Assembly: GCA_030065125.1 (NCBI GenBank)
Contig: JASJDM010000006.1
Span: 1-64,000, forward strand
From: Lysobacterales bacterium
GTDB lineage: Bacteria; Pseudomonadota; Gammaproteobacteria; Xanthomonadales; SZUA-38
DNA: 64,000 bases
Direction: 5' to 3'
Positions 30,428 to 40,180 of this stretch are shown in pieces. Each line of letters opens with the position of its first letter. Within the stretch, counting starts at the first letter, position 1. Under the pieces are notes generated by a model. That model had not been told where the DNA came from. It saw nothing but the letters and a program-made list of their open reading frames with translations, and did no database searches. Both the position numbers and the translations under genes were made by a program.

Positions 30428-31024
30428 ATGCGCCTTAACAGTGTCGAGTACGCGTTAATGAACAACCCGCTGCGTGAGTTGTTGCAGCGCCGGTTCGAAG
30501 CGCGTCGCCTGCGCCGCCTGGGTGGCCCGCTGAATGGCGGACGGGTCCTGGAAATCGGCTGCGGTCGAGGAGTAGGCATCGAAATTATCCTTAATGACTT
30601 TGGAGCCGACACCGTGCATGGCTTTGACCTGGATCCCAGAATGGTTCGGCTGGCGGCTCGTCGGACGGCCCGCTGCGGCGAGCGGGTGTCCGTCTGGCTG
30701 GGAGATGCCAGCGCCATCAGCGCCGCGGACGCCAGCTACGACGCCGTTTTCGATTTCGGCATCGTTCACCATATTCCCAACTGGCGCAGAGCGGTTGCCG
30801 AGATTGGGCGAGTGCTCAAACCGGGAGGCCGGTTTTACGGCGAGGAAGTGCTGGAGCCTTTCATTGTCAATCCGCTGATTCGCAGCCTGCTCAGACATCC
30901 CCTGGCAGATCGGTTCGATCGCAACACCTTTGCGGCGGCGCTGCGGCAATCCGGACTCCGACAGATCCAGTCCGAGCAACTGGGCAGGTCTTTTGCCTGG
31001 TTCACCGCACTCAAACCCGCATGA
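30428..31024 (+). CDS. class I SAM-dependent methyltransferase
   Basis: Motif I VLEIGCGRGVG and a post-I acidic residue. 198 aa. Confidence 0.8.
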   Translation: MRLNSVEYALMNNPLRELLQRRFEARRLRRLGGPLNGGRVLEIGCGRGVGIEIILNDFGADTVHGFDLDPRMVRLAARRTARCGERVSVWLGDASAISAADASYDAVFDFGIVHHIPNWRRAVAEIGRVLKPGGRFYGEEVLEPFIVNPLIRSLLRHPLADRFDRNTFAAALRQSGLRQIQSEQLGRSFAWFTALKPA

Positions 31025-31500
31025 GCAGAGCACAGGCATTCACCCTGAGACCTGCCGCAAACCCGGACCTCCGGGTACTGTCACGGATCGCCATCGAAGC
31101 AAAAGCCAGCTGGGGCTATGACCAGGAGGAACTGCAGGGCTGGGCCGACGAACTGACCGTTACCCCGGAGTCACTCGAGGCACAGCTGACTTTCCTGGCA
31201 GAGGCCGATGGCGAGATTGCAGGCTTCTTCCAGTTGTCCGGCGACGCGGCCCAACTGGAACACTTGTGGATTCGCCCCAAGTTCATGGCGATCGGTTTGG
31301 GACGACGTCTGCTCGCCCTGGCAGCGGCGGAAGCCGCGCGGAGCGGCCAAACGAAACTCGCGATCGACTCGGACCCAAACGCCCGCGGCTTTTACACGGC
31401 CTGCGGGGCCGTCCAGGTCGGCGAGTTGCCCGCACCCACTGCCCGGATGCCCGACCGGACCCGCCCCCTGATGGAACTGGATACTTCGATTTTTAAGTGA
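31021..31500 (+). CDS. GNAT family N-acetyltransferase
   Basis: 159 aa. Acetyl-CoA-binding motif RPKFMAIGLGRRLL (Q/RxxGxG/A). Overlaps the methyltransferase stop by 4 nt. Confidence 0.8.
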   Translation: MSRAQAFTLRPAANPDLRVLSRIAIEAKASWGYDQEELQGWADELTVTPESLEAQLTFLAEADGEIAGFFQLSGDAAQLEHLWIRPKFMAIGLGRRLLALAAAEAARSGQTKLAIDSDPNARGFYTACGAVQVGELPAPTARMPDRTRPLMELDTSIFK

Positions 31501-31513
31501 GGGACTGTGAGCC

Positions 31514-32308
31514 ATGACAGACAGCAACTGCTGGGGCGACGACACGCCCTACAACTATCCCGAACTGGTGGAGGACCTGAATCGGCTGCTGAAGCTGAAA
31601 ACCCTGCCCATCGGCATGAAGCGGTTTCACAGCATCGAACAGATGGAACAGGTACCGAAAATCCGCCGCCCTGATCCACAGCAGAAGCTGACCACCGACC
31701 AGGTCGTAGGTCAGTGCCGCTGGATCGGATACACCATCGGCATCACCATGGAAAACCTGATTGGTGCCCAGTGCGGCGCGGTGGTGGGGCTGCACCCCAC
31801 CGATGAGGAATTTCTCAGCGGCCGGAATTTCGATGGCGTCTGGTACGGCACCCTGGAGGACAGCGCGGCCCACCAGCGCGCCATGGATTGCGCGTCCCAT
31901 GGTGACTATCCTGCCCTGGCCGTGTCGCCGCTGACCTCGGGGCGGCTGGACAATCCCGATATCTGTCTGATCTACGCCACCCCGGGACAGATGATCCTGC
32001 TGATCAACGGCCTGCAGTGGACCGGCTACCGCAAGCTGGAGTTCAGCTGCGTGGGCGAAAGCGCCTGTGCGGATTCCTGGGGCCGCGCACTGAAAACCGG
32101 CGAACCGTCGCTGTCCATTCCCTGTTACGCCGAGCGTAAGTTCGGCGGGGTACAGGATGACGAACTGCTGATGGCCATCCCTCCCAGCTATCTGCCAGGG
32201 GCCATCCAGGGCCTCAAATCCCTTAGCGGCAACGGACTGCGCTACCCCATTCCCAACCATGGCCTGGAGCTATCCCCAGCCGCGTCCTTTGCCCGCAGCT
32301 ACGGCTGA
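31514..32308 (+). CDS. DUF169 family protein
   Basis: 264 aa. The pattern L.L...PIG.K.......E..P..RRP ... C.W ... GA.CG matches DUF169 (COG2043) proteins. Confidence 0.55.
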   Translation: MTDSNCWGDDTPYNYPELVEDLNRLLKLKTLPIGMKRFHSIEQMEQVPKIRRPDPQQKLTTDQVVGQCRWIGYTIGITMENLIGAQCGAVVGLHPTDEEFLSGRNFDGVWYGTLEDSAAHQRAMDCASHGDYPALAVSPLTSGRLDNPDICLIYATPGQMILLINGLQWTGYRKLEFSCVGESACADSWGRALKTGEPSLSIPCYAERKFGGVQDDELLMAIPPSYLPGAIQGLKSLSGNGLRYPIPNHGLELSPAASFARSYG

Positions 32309-32314
32309 CAGCCT

Positions 32315-33484
32315 GTGGACCGCAGCCTGCGAATCCACATCGTCGGGGCGGGCATCGCTGGCCTGACAACGGCTCTGGCGCTGCGCCGGGCGGGGTTTTC
32401 GACCGTGGTATTCGAACAGTCCGCGCAACTCGGGGAAGTGGGAGCGGGATTGACCATCGGCCCCAACGCGGCCCGGGTGCTGCTGCACCTGGGCCTTGAG
32501 GACGCCCTCCAGCCATTCGTCCGGGTACCCCGGCACGTCGGTGTTCTGGACGGCATCAGCGGAAAAACACAGTCTGTCCGGGACCGGGGCCCAGCCTACC
32601 AGTCCGAGTTCGGCGCCCCCCTTTGGCACATTCACCGGGCGGACCTGATCCAGGTGCTGGCCGAGGCCCTGGCCCCGCAGCCGGCTGACCTGTCCCTTGG
32701 ACATCAGCTGGCGCAGATCGACCAGGACACGGACCGGGTCACCGTCAGCTTCAAGCACGGCGCCAGCAGCAGCTGCGACCTGCTGATCGCCTGTGACGGG
32801 CTGAAATCCGGGGTGCGGGACCAGCTGTTTCCGGGAGACCCGCCCCGCTACACCGGCTACGCTGCCTGGCGGGGCCTGGCCGAGCGCAGCCGGCTGCCCG
32901 ACCCGGCTATTTACCCGGATTTCGCCATATACACCGGGCCCAATCGCTTCTTTGCGCGTTACGCCGTGCGCCAGCGCAGCCTGGTCAATATCGTGGCGCT
33001 GGCGCAGCAGCCGGACTGGGACCAGGAAAGCTGGAGCCTGAAAGCGGACATCCAGCAGGTTAAAGACGCCTATCGGGGCTGGCACCGCGGCATCCACGAT
33101 CTGCTCGACGCAATTCCGGCAGGCCAGTGCTTCCGTTGGGCGCTGCACGTGCGGGACCCGCTGGATCAGTGGGTGTCCGGTCGGGTGGCCCTGCTGGGTG
33201 ACGCGGCCCACCCGATGACCCCCTTCCTGGGCCTCGGAGCCGCCATAGGTATCGAGGACGGCTTGATCATGGCCCGCTGCCTGTCGGACTCCGAAAGCGT
33301 GGAGGATGCCCTGGCCCGTTACCAGTCCGCCCGGATCAGCCGGGCCAACCGGGTCCAGTCCGAATCGGCCAGGCAGGGGCTGTACCTGCTCAACCGCGAC
33401 CCGAGCCAGGCCGCGGACCGATCCATGATGGGCGAGGACCCCATAGGGCTTTACGGTTACGATGCGGTCAGCGTAGCAATCTGA
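32315..33484 (+). CDS. FAD-dependent aromatic-ring monooxygenase (salicylate hydroxylase / 6-hydroxynicotinate monooxygenase-like)
   Basis: GxGxxG motif IVGAGIAGLTTALAL. DG motif (ACDGLKSGVR). GD motif (LLGDAAHPMTPFLGLGAAIGIEDG). 389 aa. Confidence 0.88.
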   Translation: MDRSLRIHIVGAGIAGLTTALALRRAGFSTVVFEQSAQLGEVGAGLTIGPNAARVLLHLGLEDALQPFVRVPRHVGVLDGISGKTQSVRDRGPAYQSEFGAPLWHIHRADLIQVLAEALAPQPADLSLGHQLAQIDQDTDRVTVSFKHGASSSCDLLIACDGLKSGVRDQLFPGDPPRYTGYAAWRGLAERSRLPDPAIYPDFAIYTGPNRFFARYAVRQRSLVNIVALAQQPDWDQESWSLKADIQQVKDAYRGWHRGIHDLLDAIPAGQCFRWALHVRDPLDQWVSGRVALLGDAAHPMTPFLGLGAAIGIEDGLIMARCLSDSESVEDALARYQSARISRANRVQSESARQGLYLLNRDPSQAADRSMMGEDPIGLYGYDAVSVAI

Positions 33485-33501
33485 TCAAGGAACACAAACC
33501 C

Positions 33502-34770
33502 ATGAATAGAGTTTTCTTTGGTTGGTGGGTGCTGCTGGGGCTGCTGCTGATCTATACCGCCAACAACGGCATCCTGCTGCACACCCTGCCGCTGTTTTAC
33601 CCGGAGCTGATCCAGGAGTTTGGCTGGAACGAAGAACAGGTGACCCGGCCGGCTTCCTATTTTTTCATTCTGGCCGCGGTGCTGACACCGATACTCGGCG
33701 CCCTGCTCGACCGCTACTCGCCTCGCATCATCATGGCGGTGGGGATCGTGGTGGTCATTGCCTGCCTGGTGTTCTACGGCCGGATCAGCAGCCTGGGCGA
33801 CCTGACCTTGGTTTACCTGATCGCCGCCGTGGGCCTGGCGGGTTGCGGTCTGGTGCCCAACATGCTGATCCTGACCCGCTGGTTCATGAAATACCGGGGC
33901 GTAGCGGTAGGCATTCTGCTGATGGGGTCCAGCCTGGGAGGCGCCATTTTCCCGCTGATTGCCCGGGAGGCCTTCGTTTCCCAGGGCTGGCGCGAGGCCA
34001 GTCAGCTGCTGACAGTGGTAGGCGGGATCATGATGGTGGCCGCCATCATCCTGCTGGTGCGAAATCGCCCCGAGGATCACGGCCTCAGCTTGGACGGTGC
34101 GGAATCCACCAGATCCGAACCGTCCCGAGCCGATGACGCCGTCACCGGTCTGACACTGGGGGACGCCCTGCGTAAGCCGGCGTTCTACGTGCTGCTGGTC
34201 GCCACCGGCGCCTTGTGGTTCTGCATTGTGGGGGTACTGCAGCACCAGTCCATCTTCCTCGGCCAGGACCTGGGCGTGGACAAGGCGTCCCTGCCGGTGA
34301 TTTTCAGCGTGTTCTTCTGGGCCGCCATGATCGGCAAGCTGATGTTTGGCGTACTGGCCGATTACTTCAGCAAGACCACCATGCTGCTGGTGTCGGTACT
34401 CAACCTGATGGCCGGCCTGCTGCTGCTGCGGGCCGCCGACGGCGACAACCCCACCAGCCTGTACCTGTTTGCCGTGGTGTACGGGGTGGGCTTCAGCGGC
34501 GCTTTCACCATGATCCAGCTGGTGATCGCCGAATACTTCGCCGGTCCCTCCTACGGCAAGATTCTCGGGGTATTTGCCATGTTCGATTCCGTCGCCGGTT
34601 CCCTGGGCATCAAGTACCTGGGGACGCTGCGAGTGGCCGACGGCAGCTACCTGCCTGCCATCAACCACATGGTGGGCCTGTGTGTGGTGGTGGCCATACT
34701 GGTTCTGGCCCTGTACCGGCTGGCGCCGAGGCCAGCAGCCCTTCCGACCACCCCCTCAGCTGACGGTTGA
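33502..34770 (+). CDS. MFS transporter
   Basis: 422 aa with 12 predicted transmembrane segments and an MFS loop motif between TM2 and TM3 (GALLDRYSPR). Confidence 0.85.
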   Translation: MNRVFFGWWVLLGLLLIYTANNGILLHTLPLFYPELIQEFGWNEEQVTRPASYFFILAAVLTPILGALLDRYSPRIIMAVGIVVVIACLVFYGRISSLGDLTLVYLIAAVGLAGCGLVPNMLILTRWFMKYRGVAVGILLMGSSLGGAIFPLIAREAFVSQGWREASQLLTVVGGIMMVAAIILLVRNRPEDHGLSLDGAESTRSEPSRADDAVTGLTLGDALRKPAFYVLLVATGALWFCIVGVLQHQSIFLGQDLGVDKASLPVIFSVFFWAAMIGKLMFGVLADYFSKTTMLLVSVLNLMAGLLLLRAADGDNPTSLYLFAVVYGVGFSGAFTMIQLVIAEYFAGPSYGKILGVFAMFDSVAGSLGIKYLGTLRVADGSYLPAINHMVGLCVVVAILVLALYRLAPRPAALPTTPSADG

Positions 34771-34775
34771 CCCTG

Positions 34776-36314
34776 TCAACGAACAGCCTGTTGACCCGCA
34801 TCCGTTGTGCATCGGTCCGCCCCGGTCAGGCGCACCAGGCTGATGTCGGCGGACACGTTCTCGGATTCCGATTCAAAACGGAAAAGCCCCTGGCTGCAGG
34901 AGGTAAAAGAAAGCTCACCCTGACCCCACACCGTCAGGTCCGGTTGCTGCGGCTGGGCAAAACGCCCCCCGCGGGTGGCGCGAATGGTGAGACTGGCGGC
35001 TTCCTGCTGGATAGGGCCCTGGGCGATGAACCAGCGTTGCTCACCGGCCTGGCCGGCACTGCCCTGGTAGGTATACCAGTACACCAGCACTTCGCCGCGA
35101 TCCTCCAGCACCTCCACGTTCAGTCCCTGGCCGTCCTGAGCCGGGTCGTACCAGGATCCATTGAGTGACGCGTCCAGACGGGTTCTGAATCCCTCGGGCG
35201 ACGCGATGGAGGGAAGGATGTTCTGCCGCAGCCCGGCACCGATGCCCGGCCCCTCATAGTCGAAATCCCCGGCCTGGGTGGTCACCACGAGATCCAGTTC
35301 CGGAAACACCAGGATGTACTGCCGCCCCCACCCGCTGGCGTAAAACATGCGGAAGGTCCGGCCCGTGGTATCCGTCATGTGGCCGGTCCACCACTGGTAG
35401 CCGTGTCCGCCGCCGCCATCTCCAAAGGTTTCCGGATCCGTCACGCCGTTGCTGTAGCTGGCGGTGGACGCTGTCACCCAGGCTTCAGGCACCAGCCGTT
35501 CACCCTGCCACAGGCCCTGATCCAGGTAGAGCTGGCCGATGCGGGCCATGTCCGGGGCGGTGAGCCACAGACCGAAGCCCAGGGGCGCGGTGCCGAATGG
35601 CCAGTCGGCGAAGCCGCCGTTGATCTGGCGGTTGCGGCCCACCGACTCCCAGTGCACCTGGCCGATACCCAGGGGCTGAAACAGCCGCTGTTGGGCAAAG
35701 TCCTGGGTGGTCATGCCGGTGAGGTTGCGGATGAACCCGCTCATCAGGGTAGAGGCACCGGTGCAGTAGGCAAACCTGCTCCCCGGCGCATCGCTCAGCG
35801 GCCAGTCCAGCATGTTGCGGAACCAGTCCGGCCCGGAATGCACCCGGGAAACCGGGTTGGCCGGATCTTCGTAGTCGGTGGACCACTCATCCCAGGCGTA
35901 GCCGTGGCGCTGCATCAGCAGGTGTTCCACGGTCAGGTCCGACTTGCCCTGGGGGCTGGCCACGGGCTGGTATTCAGGGAAGTACTCCAGGTGAGGCCGG
36001 CTGATGTCCAGCAGCCCGTCATTCACCAGCATGCCCATCAACACGGAACCGACGCTCTTGGTAACGGAAAACACCGGCAGCAGCCCACCGTCATGGCCGT
36101 TGTAGGTTTCCTGGTGAACCAGGACTCCGTGACGGACCACTGCCACTGCATCGATGTTGCCCAATTCGCCGGATCGTATGCGGTCACTCATCAGGCCCAG
36201 GGCCGCTGAATCCAGTCCCTGGGCCTCGGGCTGGGATACCGGCCAGGGTTGAGCGGGCACCGCCGTGGCAAGCCAGAGCAGCATCAGCGCGGACAGGCTT
36301 GGAATGATCTTCAT
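34776..36314 (-). CDS. secreted serine hydrolase of the beta-lactamase/transpeptidase fold with an extra C-terminal domain
   Basis: Signal peptide MKIIPSLSALMLLWLATAVPAQP. SxxK motif FSVTKSV. 512 aa. Lies 52 bp downstream of the VPS10-like gene on the same strand. Confidence 0.8.
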   Translation of the reverse strand: MKIIPSLSALMLLWLATAVPAQPWPVSQPEAQGLDSAALGLMSDRIRSGELGNIDAVAVVRHGVLVHQETYNGHDGGLLPVFSVTKSVGSVLMGMLVNDGLLDISRPHLEYFPEYQPVASPQGKSDLTVEHLLMQRHGYAWDEWSTDYEDPANPVSRVHSGPDWFRNMLDWPLSDAPGSRFAYCTGASTLMSGFIRNLTGMTTQDFAQQRLFQPLGIGQVHWESVGRNRQINGGFADWPFGTAPLGFGLWLTAPDMARIGQLYLDQGLWQGERLVPEAWVTASTASYSNGVTDPETFGDGGGGHGYQWWTGHMTDTTGRTFRMFYASGWGRQYILVFPELDLVVTTQAGDFDYEGPGIGAGLRQNILPSIASPEGFRTRLDASLNGSWYDPAQDGQGLNVEVLEDRGEVLVYWYTYQGSAGQAGEQRWFIAQGPIQQEAASLTIRATRGGRFAQPQQPDLTVWGQGELSFTSCSQGLFRFESESENVSADISLVRLTGADRCTTDAGQQAVR

Positions 36315-36366
36315 GGGGTACCGGACTGCGGCCCGGGTGAAGCCACCCGGAACCGTACTGCCTGCC

Positions 36367-39300
36367 TCAGTTCATCTGCCAATCGGGGATGCGGCCCGGC
36401 GTCCATGGCGCGCCAATCCCCTCGAGTTCGGATTCCAGTCGTTCAAGCTCACCGGCCACGGCGCGTAACTCGCCCAGGGCAGTCTCGAATTGCCGGGCCG
36501 CGACGTCATAGGAATCCCGGTGGGTACCGGTCACCGACGACTGACTCTCCCAGTGACCGCCGATGATGTCCCCTACGCGGGCGGCAATGGACATCGGCGT
36601 TCTCTCGGAGCGGCTTGCCAGGGTCTGGTCGCCGGTCATCCGTACCTGCAGATCCTGCAGCCGGCTTCGAATGGCCAGCAGTGCCTGGACCGATTGCTCC
36701 TCCGCCGCGGGTGTCGCCGTGATGGCCTGATGCAGGTGCTCGACCCGGTCATCCAGTTCTCCCAGGGCACGGCCGGCACCGCGGACTGCCCGGCTCAGGG
36801 CCGCCGTTTTCTGCTGGAAATCCAGCACGGCCTGGCGGTCGTCGGTGATCAGAGCACCTTCGAACATGGGCTTCAGCCGGAATGACACCGGGCCGGCCAG
36901 CGGCACCAGTTCACCCTGCTCCCGCTTGGCCAGGCTGACCTGGTATTCCCCGGGAACCGCCAGCGGCCCGCGCGGTGGGGATTGCCAGGGTGAGCGGTTG
37001 CCGGAGCCGTTCAGATTGATGGGGTCCGGCGCCGGGTAACGCAGGTCCCAGGCCACCCGGTGGAATCCCTTGCCGGTGGGCCCATCCAGTCGGCGGATGA
37101 CGTTGCCGTCGGCGTCACGGACGGTGACCACGATGGCGGGCTTCTGTTCCCGGTCTTCCTGGCGCAGCGCATCCCAACTCGGATAGGGGTTGTCTTCACC
37201 GTCCTTGGCCCGGGCCTTTTCATCCTCCCGCCGGGTTTCTTTCAGCGTCTTCAGTCCCTCAGCCAGGTGGTAGGACACGACGGCGCCGTGGGGCGGGTTT
37301 TCCGCGGAATAGCGGCCGGTGCCGTAATCGCCCTTGCCGCCCCAGCCGCGCCGGTCATCGGGCACGAACAGCCAGGCGTCGCGAACGGCGAACAGGGTAG
37401 CCTCTCCAGTCACACCCGTTCTCAGGGGGCTGTAGTCGTCCAGGATGTAGACCCCGAGCCCAAAGGTGCCGATCACCAGGTCGCTTTCCCGCCGCTGGAT
37501 TTCCAGATCGCGCACGGCGATGGTTGGCAGGCCGGTCAGCTCGTGCCAGGCGCCTCCCCCGTCCGGGGAAAAGAACACGCCGAACTCGGTGCCCACGAAC
37601 AGCAGCTCAGGATTGACGTGATCCTCGGCCAGGGTATGGGCCGAGCCACGCTCCGGCAGCCCGCCCCCGATCTGCTTCCAGGAGCGACCCCGGTCCTCGG
37701 TTTTCAGCACGTAGGGCTTGAAGTCGCCCCGCTTGTGGTTGTCGATGGTGGCGTATGCCACGTCGGCGTCTTGCCGGGAGGCCACGATATCTTCGATCAG
37801 AGACATGTCCGGAACGCCCCGGAATGAGTCCACCGTGCGCCAGCTGCCGCCGCCGTCTTCGGTCACGTGAATCAATCCATCATCGGTGCCGGCGTAAATC
37901 AATCCCTCCTGCAGATTGCTTTCGTCCAATGCGATCAAGGCTCCATAAATGGAGGTCGATCGATTCTTGGAGATGGCGTCCACGCTCCAGACCCGGCCCA
38001 TCACGTCCAGCCGGTTGCGATCGATGTCCCGACTCAGATCCTCACTGACGACAGTCCAGCTCTCGCCGCGGTCGTCGGAGCGAAACAGGCGCTCTGCACC
38101 GTAGTAAAGCCGGCGGTGGTCATGGGGGGAGATGATCAGCGGCGCGTTCCAGTTCCAGTTGTAATTGAGTTCGCCCTCCGGCGGTCGCGGCGTGATGGAC
38201 AGTCGCTCGCCGGTGATGCGGTCGAAGCGAACCAGGCCGCCATACTGGTACTGGGCATACACCACGTTGGCATCCGTGGGATCGATCTGGGCCTTGAAGC
38301 CGTCGCCAAACTGGGCAATCCACCAGTCGCCGTTGGTGATGCCGTCGGTATAGCGGGTACGGGAGGGTCCGCACAGGGTGTGGTTGTCCTGGGTGCCTGC
38401 GCAAACGTTATAAAACGGCTCGTCGTTGTCAGGCGTGGCCCGGTAGAACTGGGCCACCGGGAGATTACGGACGTGGCGCCAGGTCTGGCCACGGTCCCAG
38501 GACTCGTAAACGCCGCCGTCGCTGCCGATGTAGATATGGTCGGTGTTGTCCGGATCGATCCACAGCGCGTGATCGTCCACGTGCTTGTTCTTGATGGACA
38601 AACGGCTCCAGGTTTTTCCGCCGTCCTCGGAGATCCGGGCAAAGGTGTCCATGGAATACACCCGCTCCGGGTTGTGCGGGTCCACGATCAGCTCGTTGTA
38701 GTACTGGGGGCTGGAGGCCATGTAGTCGGAGCGTTTTTCCCAGCTCTCGCCGAAATCGGTGCTGCGGTAGACACCCTGCTGCTCGGGATCGGCCTCGACA
38801 ATGGCATAGACCACGTTGGGCGCCGATGGGGCGGCCGCCAGGCCAATACGCCCCAGGTCACCCTTGGGCAGACCGCGGCTCAGCTTGCGCCAGGTAGCGC
38901 CGCCGTCGGTGGTCTTGTGGATGCCGCCACCGGGACCGCCATTGATCAGGGTCCACACGTGGCGCCGCCGCTGATAGCTGGATGCCACCATGGTGTCGGG
39001 CTGGGCCGGATGGATCAGGAATTCATTGATCCCCGTGTCCGGGTCGATGTCCAGCACCTTTTCCCAGGACTCCCCGCCGTTGCGACTGCGGTACAGGCCG
39101 CGGTCTCCGCCGGAATTCCACAGCGGGCCCTGGGCCGCTACGTACATCGTCTGGCTGTCCCGGGGGTCGAAGCGGATCATGGAAATGTGCCCTGAGTCTT
39201 TCAGTCCCATGTTGGTCCAGCTCTTACCGCCGTCCAGTGAGCGGTAAACGCCGTCTCCGTAGCCGACGCTGCGCTGGCTGTTGTTTTCCCCGGTGCCCAC

Positions 39301-39621
39301 CCAGACCACCTTGGGATTGGACGGATCCAGTTCCACCACGCCAACGGCGTAGGACCCTTCGTCGCTGAACACCGAAGTCCAGGTGATGCCATCGTTCTCG
39401 GTCTTCCACACGCCGCCGCTGGCCATGGCGACATAGTGAATCTGCCGCTGGGTGGGATGAAAGGCGAAATCGGATACCCGTCCCGAGGTGAGGGCGGGGC
39501 CAATGGCGCGCAGCGGCATCGAAGCCAGCTCATGTTGTTCCTGTGCAAGGGGCGATTTCGCTGAGCAGACCAAAAAAATGGCCAGAAGCGAGGTCAGAAT
39601 CAGACGCATGTTGAATCCCAA
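36367..39621 (-). CDS. VPS10/sortilin-like BNR (Asp-box) repeat protein, paralog 1, secreted
   Basis: 1084 aa with a signal peptide. At least 8 S/TxDxGxxW Asp-boxes (SLDGGKSWT, TDGGATWRK, STDFGESWEK, EDGGKTWSR, WDRGQTWRH, DDRGESWTV, TEDGGGSWRT, EDRGRSWKQ). Clear paralog of 47517..50843. Confidence 0.85.
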   Translation of the reverse strand: MGFNMRLILTSLLAIFLVCSAKSPLAQEQHELASMPLRAIGPALTSGRVSDFAFHPTQRQIHYVAMASGGVWKTENDGITWTSVFSDEGSYAVGVVELDPSNPKVVWVGTGENNSQRSVGYGDGVYRSLDGGKSWTNMGLKDSGHISMIRFDPRDSQTMYVAAQGPLWNSGGDRGLYRSRNGGESWEKVLDIDPDTGINEFLIHPAQPDTMVASSYQRRRHVWTLINGGPGGGIHKTTDGGATWRKLSRGLPKGDLGRIGLAAAPSAPNVVYAIVEADPEQQGVYRSTDFGESWEKRSDYMASSPQYYNELIVDPHNPERVYSMDTFARISEDGGKTWSRLSIKNKHVDDHALWIDPDNTDHIYIGSDGGVYESWDRGQTWRHVRNLPVAQFYRATPDNDEPFYNVCAGTQDNHTLCGPSRTRYTDGITNGDWWIAQFGDGFKAQIDPTDANVVYAQYQYGGLVRFDRITGERLSITPRPPEGELNYNWNWNAPLIISPHDHRRLYYGAERLFRSDDRGESWTVVSEDLSRDIDRNRLDVMGRVWSVDAISKNRSTSIYGALIALDESNLQEGLIYAGTDDGLIHVTEDGGGSWRTVDSFRGVPDMSLIEDIVASRQDADVAYATIDNHKRGDFKPYVLKTEDRGRSWKQIGGGLPERGSAHTLAEDHVNPELLFVGTEFGVFFSPDGGGAWHELTGLPTIAVRDLEIQRRESDLVIGTFGLGVYILDDYSPLRTGVTGEATLFAVRDAWLFVPDDRRGWGGKGDYGTGRYSAENPPHGAVVSYHLAEGLKTLKETRREDEKARAKDGEDNPYPSWDALRQEDREQKPAIVVTVRDADGNVIRRLDGPTGKGFHRVAWDLRYPAPDPINLNGSGNRSPWQSPPRGPLAVPGEYQVSLAKREQGELVPLAGPVSFRLKPMFEGALITDDRQAVLDFQQKTAALSRAVRGAGRALGELDDRVEHLHQAITATPAAEEQSVQALLAIRSRLQDLQVRMTGDQTLASRSERTPMSIAARVGDIIGGHWESQSSVTGTHRDSYDVAARQFETALGELRAVAGELERLESELEGIGAPWTPGRIPDWQMN

Positions 39622-39883
39622 ATCAGTATTTGACAGCGCAGTTTACGCGCAGAATGCCAACAACTGTGAACCGCAATTGTGTTTAAAACAATTTTTGCGG
39701 CAACGTGAACTGCAGCACAGAAAATTCTGTGCTTGTGAATTGTCATGACTCATCAGGCATTTAACGAGAGGTTCACAACCAGTAGGTGAGAATGCGCTCT
39801 ATTGTGGACGAGCAAACGGCATTTTTTCCGGTGCGGACCGGCTTGAACCGACAACCGCATGGGTCCATGATGAATGAGCCTTT

Positions 39884-40126
39884 GTGAGGGAGGCAATAAT
39901 GATAAATAACGCTACCGTCGCTGCCTGCAGCTGCGGCCGCACCAGGTCCGAAGTCGGGATGGTTCAAATCCTGGCCGGGGTTGGCGTCGGCGCCGCCGCC
40001 GGGCTTTTCCTGATTCCCCTGACCGTCGTTGTCATGGTGGCCGCCGCAGCCATCGCGGGATTCAGGCGAATTGTCAAAACGCCAGCGTCCGGTTCGGCCA
40101 CAGCCCAGCTGCCCGGCCAGGCCTGA
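39884..40126 (+). CDS. small membrane protein with CSCGR motif, paralog 1 (unknown family)
   Basis: 80 aa from GTG. An alternative ATG at 39899 is preceded by a perfect SD GGGAGG. N-terminal AACSCGR followed by a roughly 35-residue Gly/Ala/Val-rich hydrophobic hairpin with a central PLT. High GC3. Terminator hairpin at 40152..40180. Confidence 0.6.
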   Translation: MREAIMINNATVAACSCGRTRSEVGMVQILAGVGVGAAAGLFLIPLTVVVMVAAAAIAGFRRIVKTPASGSATAQLPGQA

Positions 40127-40151
40127 GTCCAGCCTCATCGGCTGGAAACTC

Positions 40152-40180
40152 ACTCTCCGCCAGGAGAGTTGGTGCTTTTC
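40152..40180 (+). terminator. intrinsic terminator after small CSCGR gene 1
   Basis: Stem ACTCTCC / GGAGAGT with loop GCCA, followed by TGGTGCTTTTC. Confidence 0.5.
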
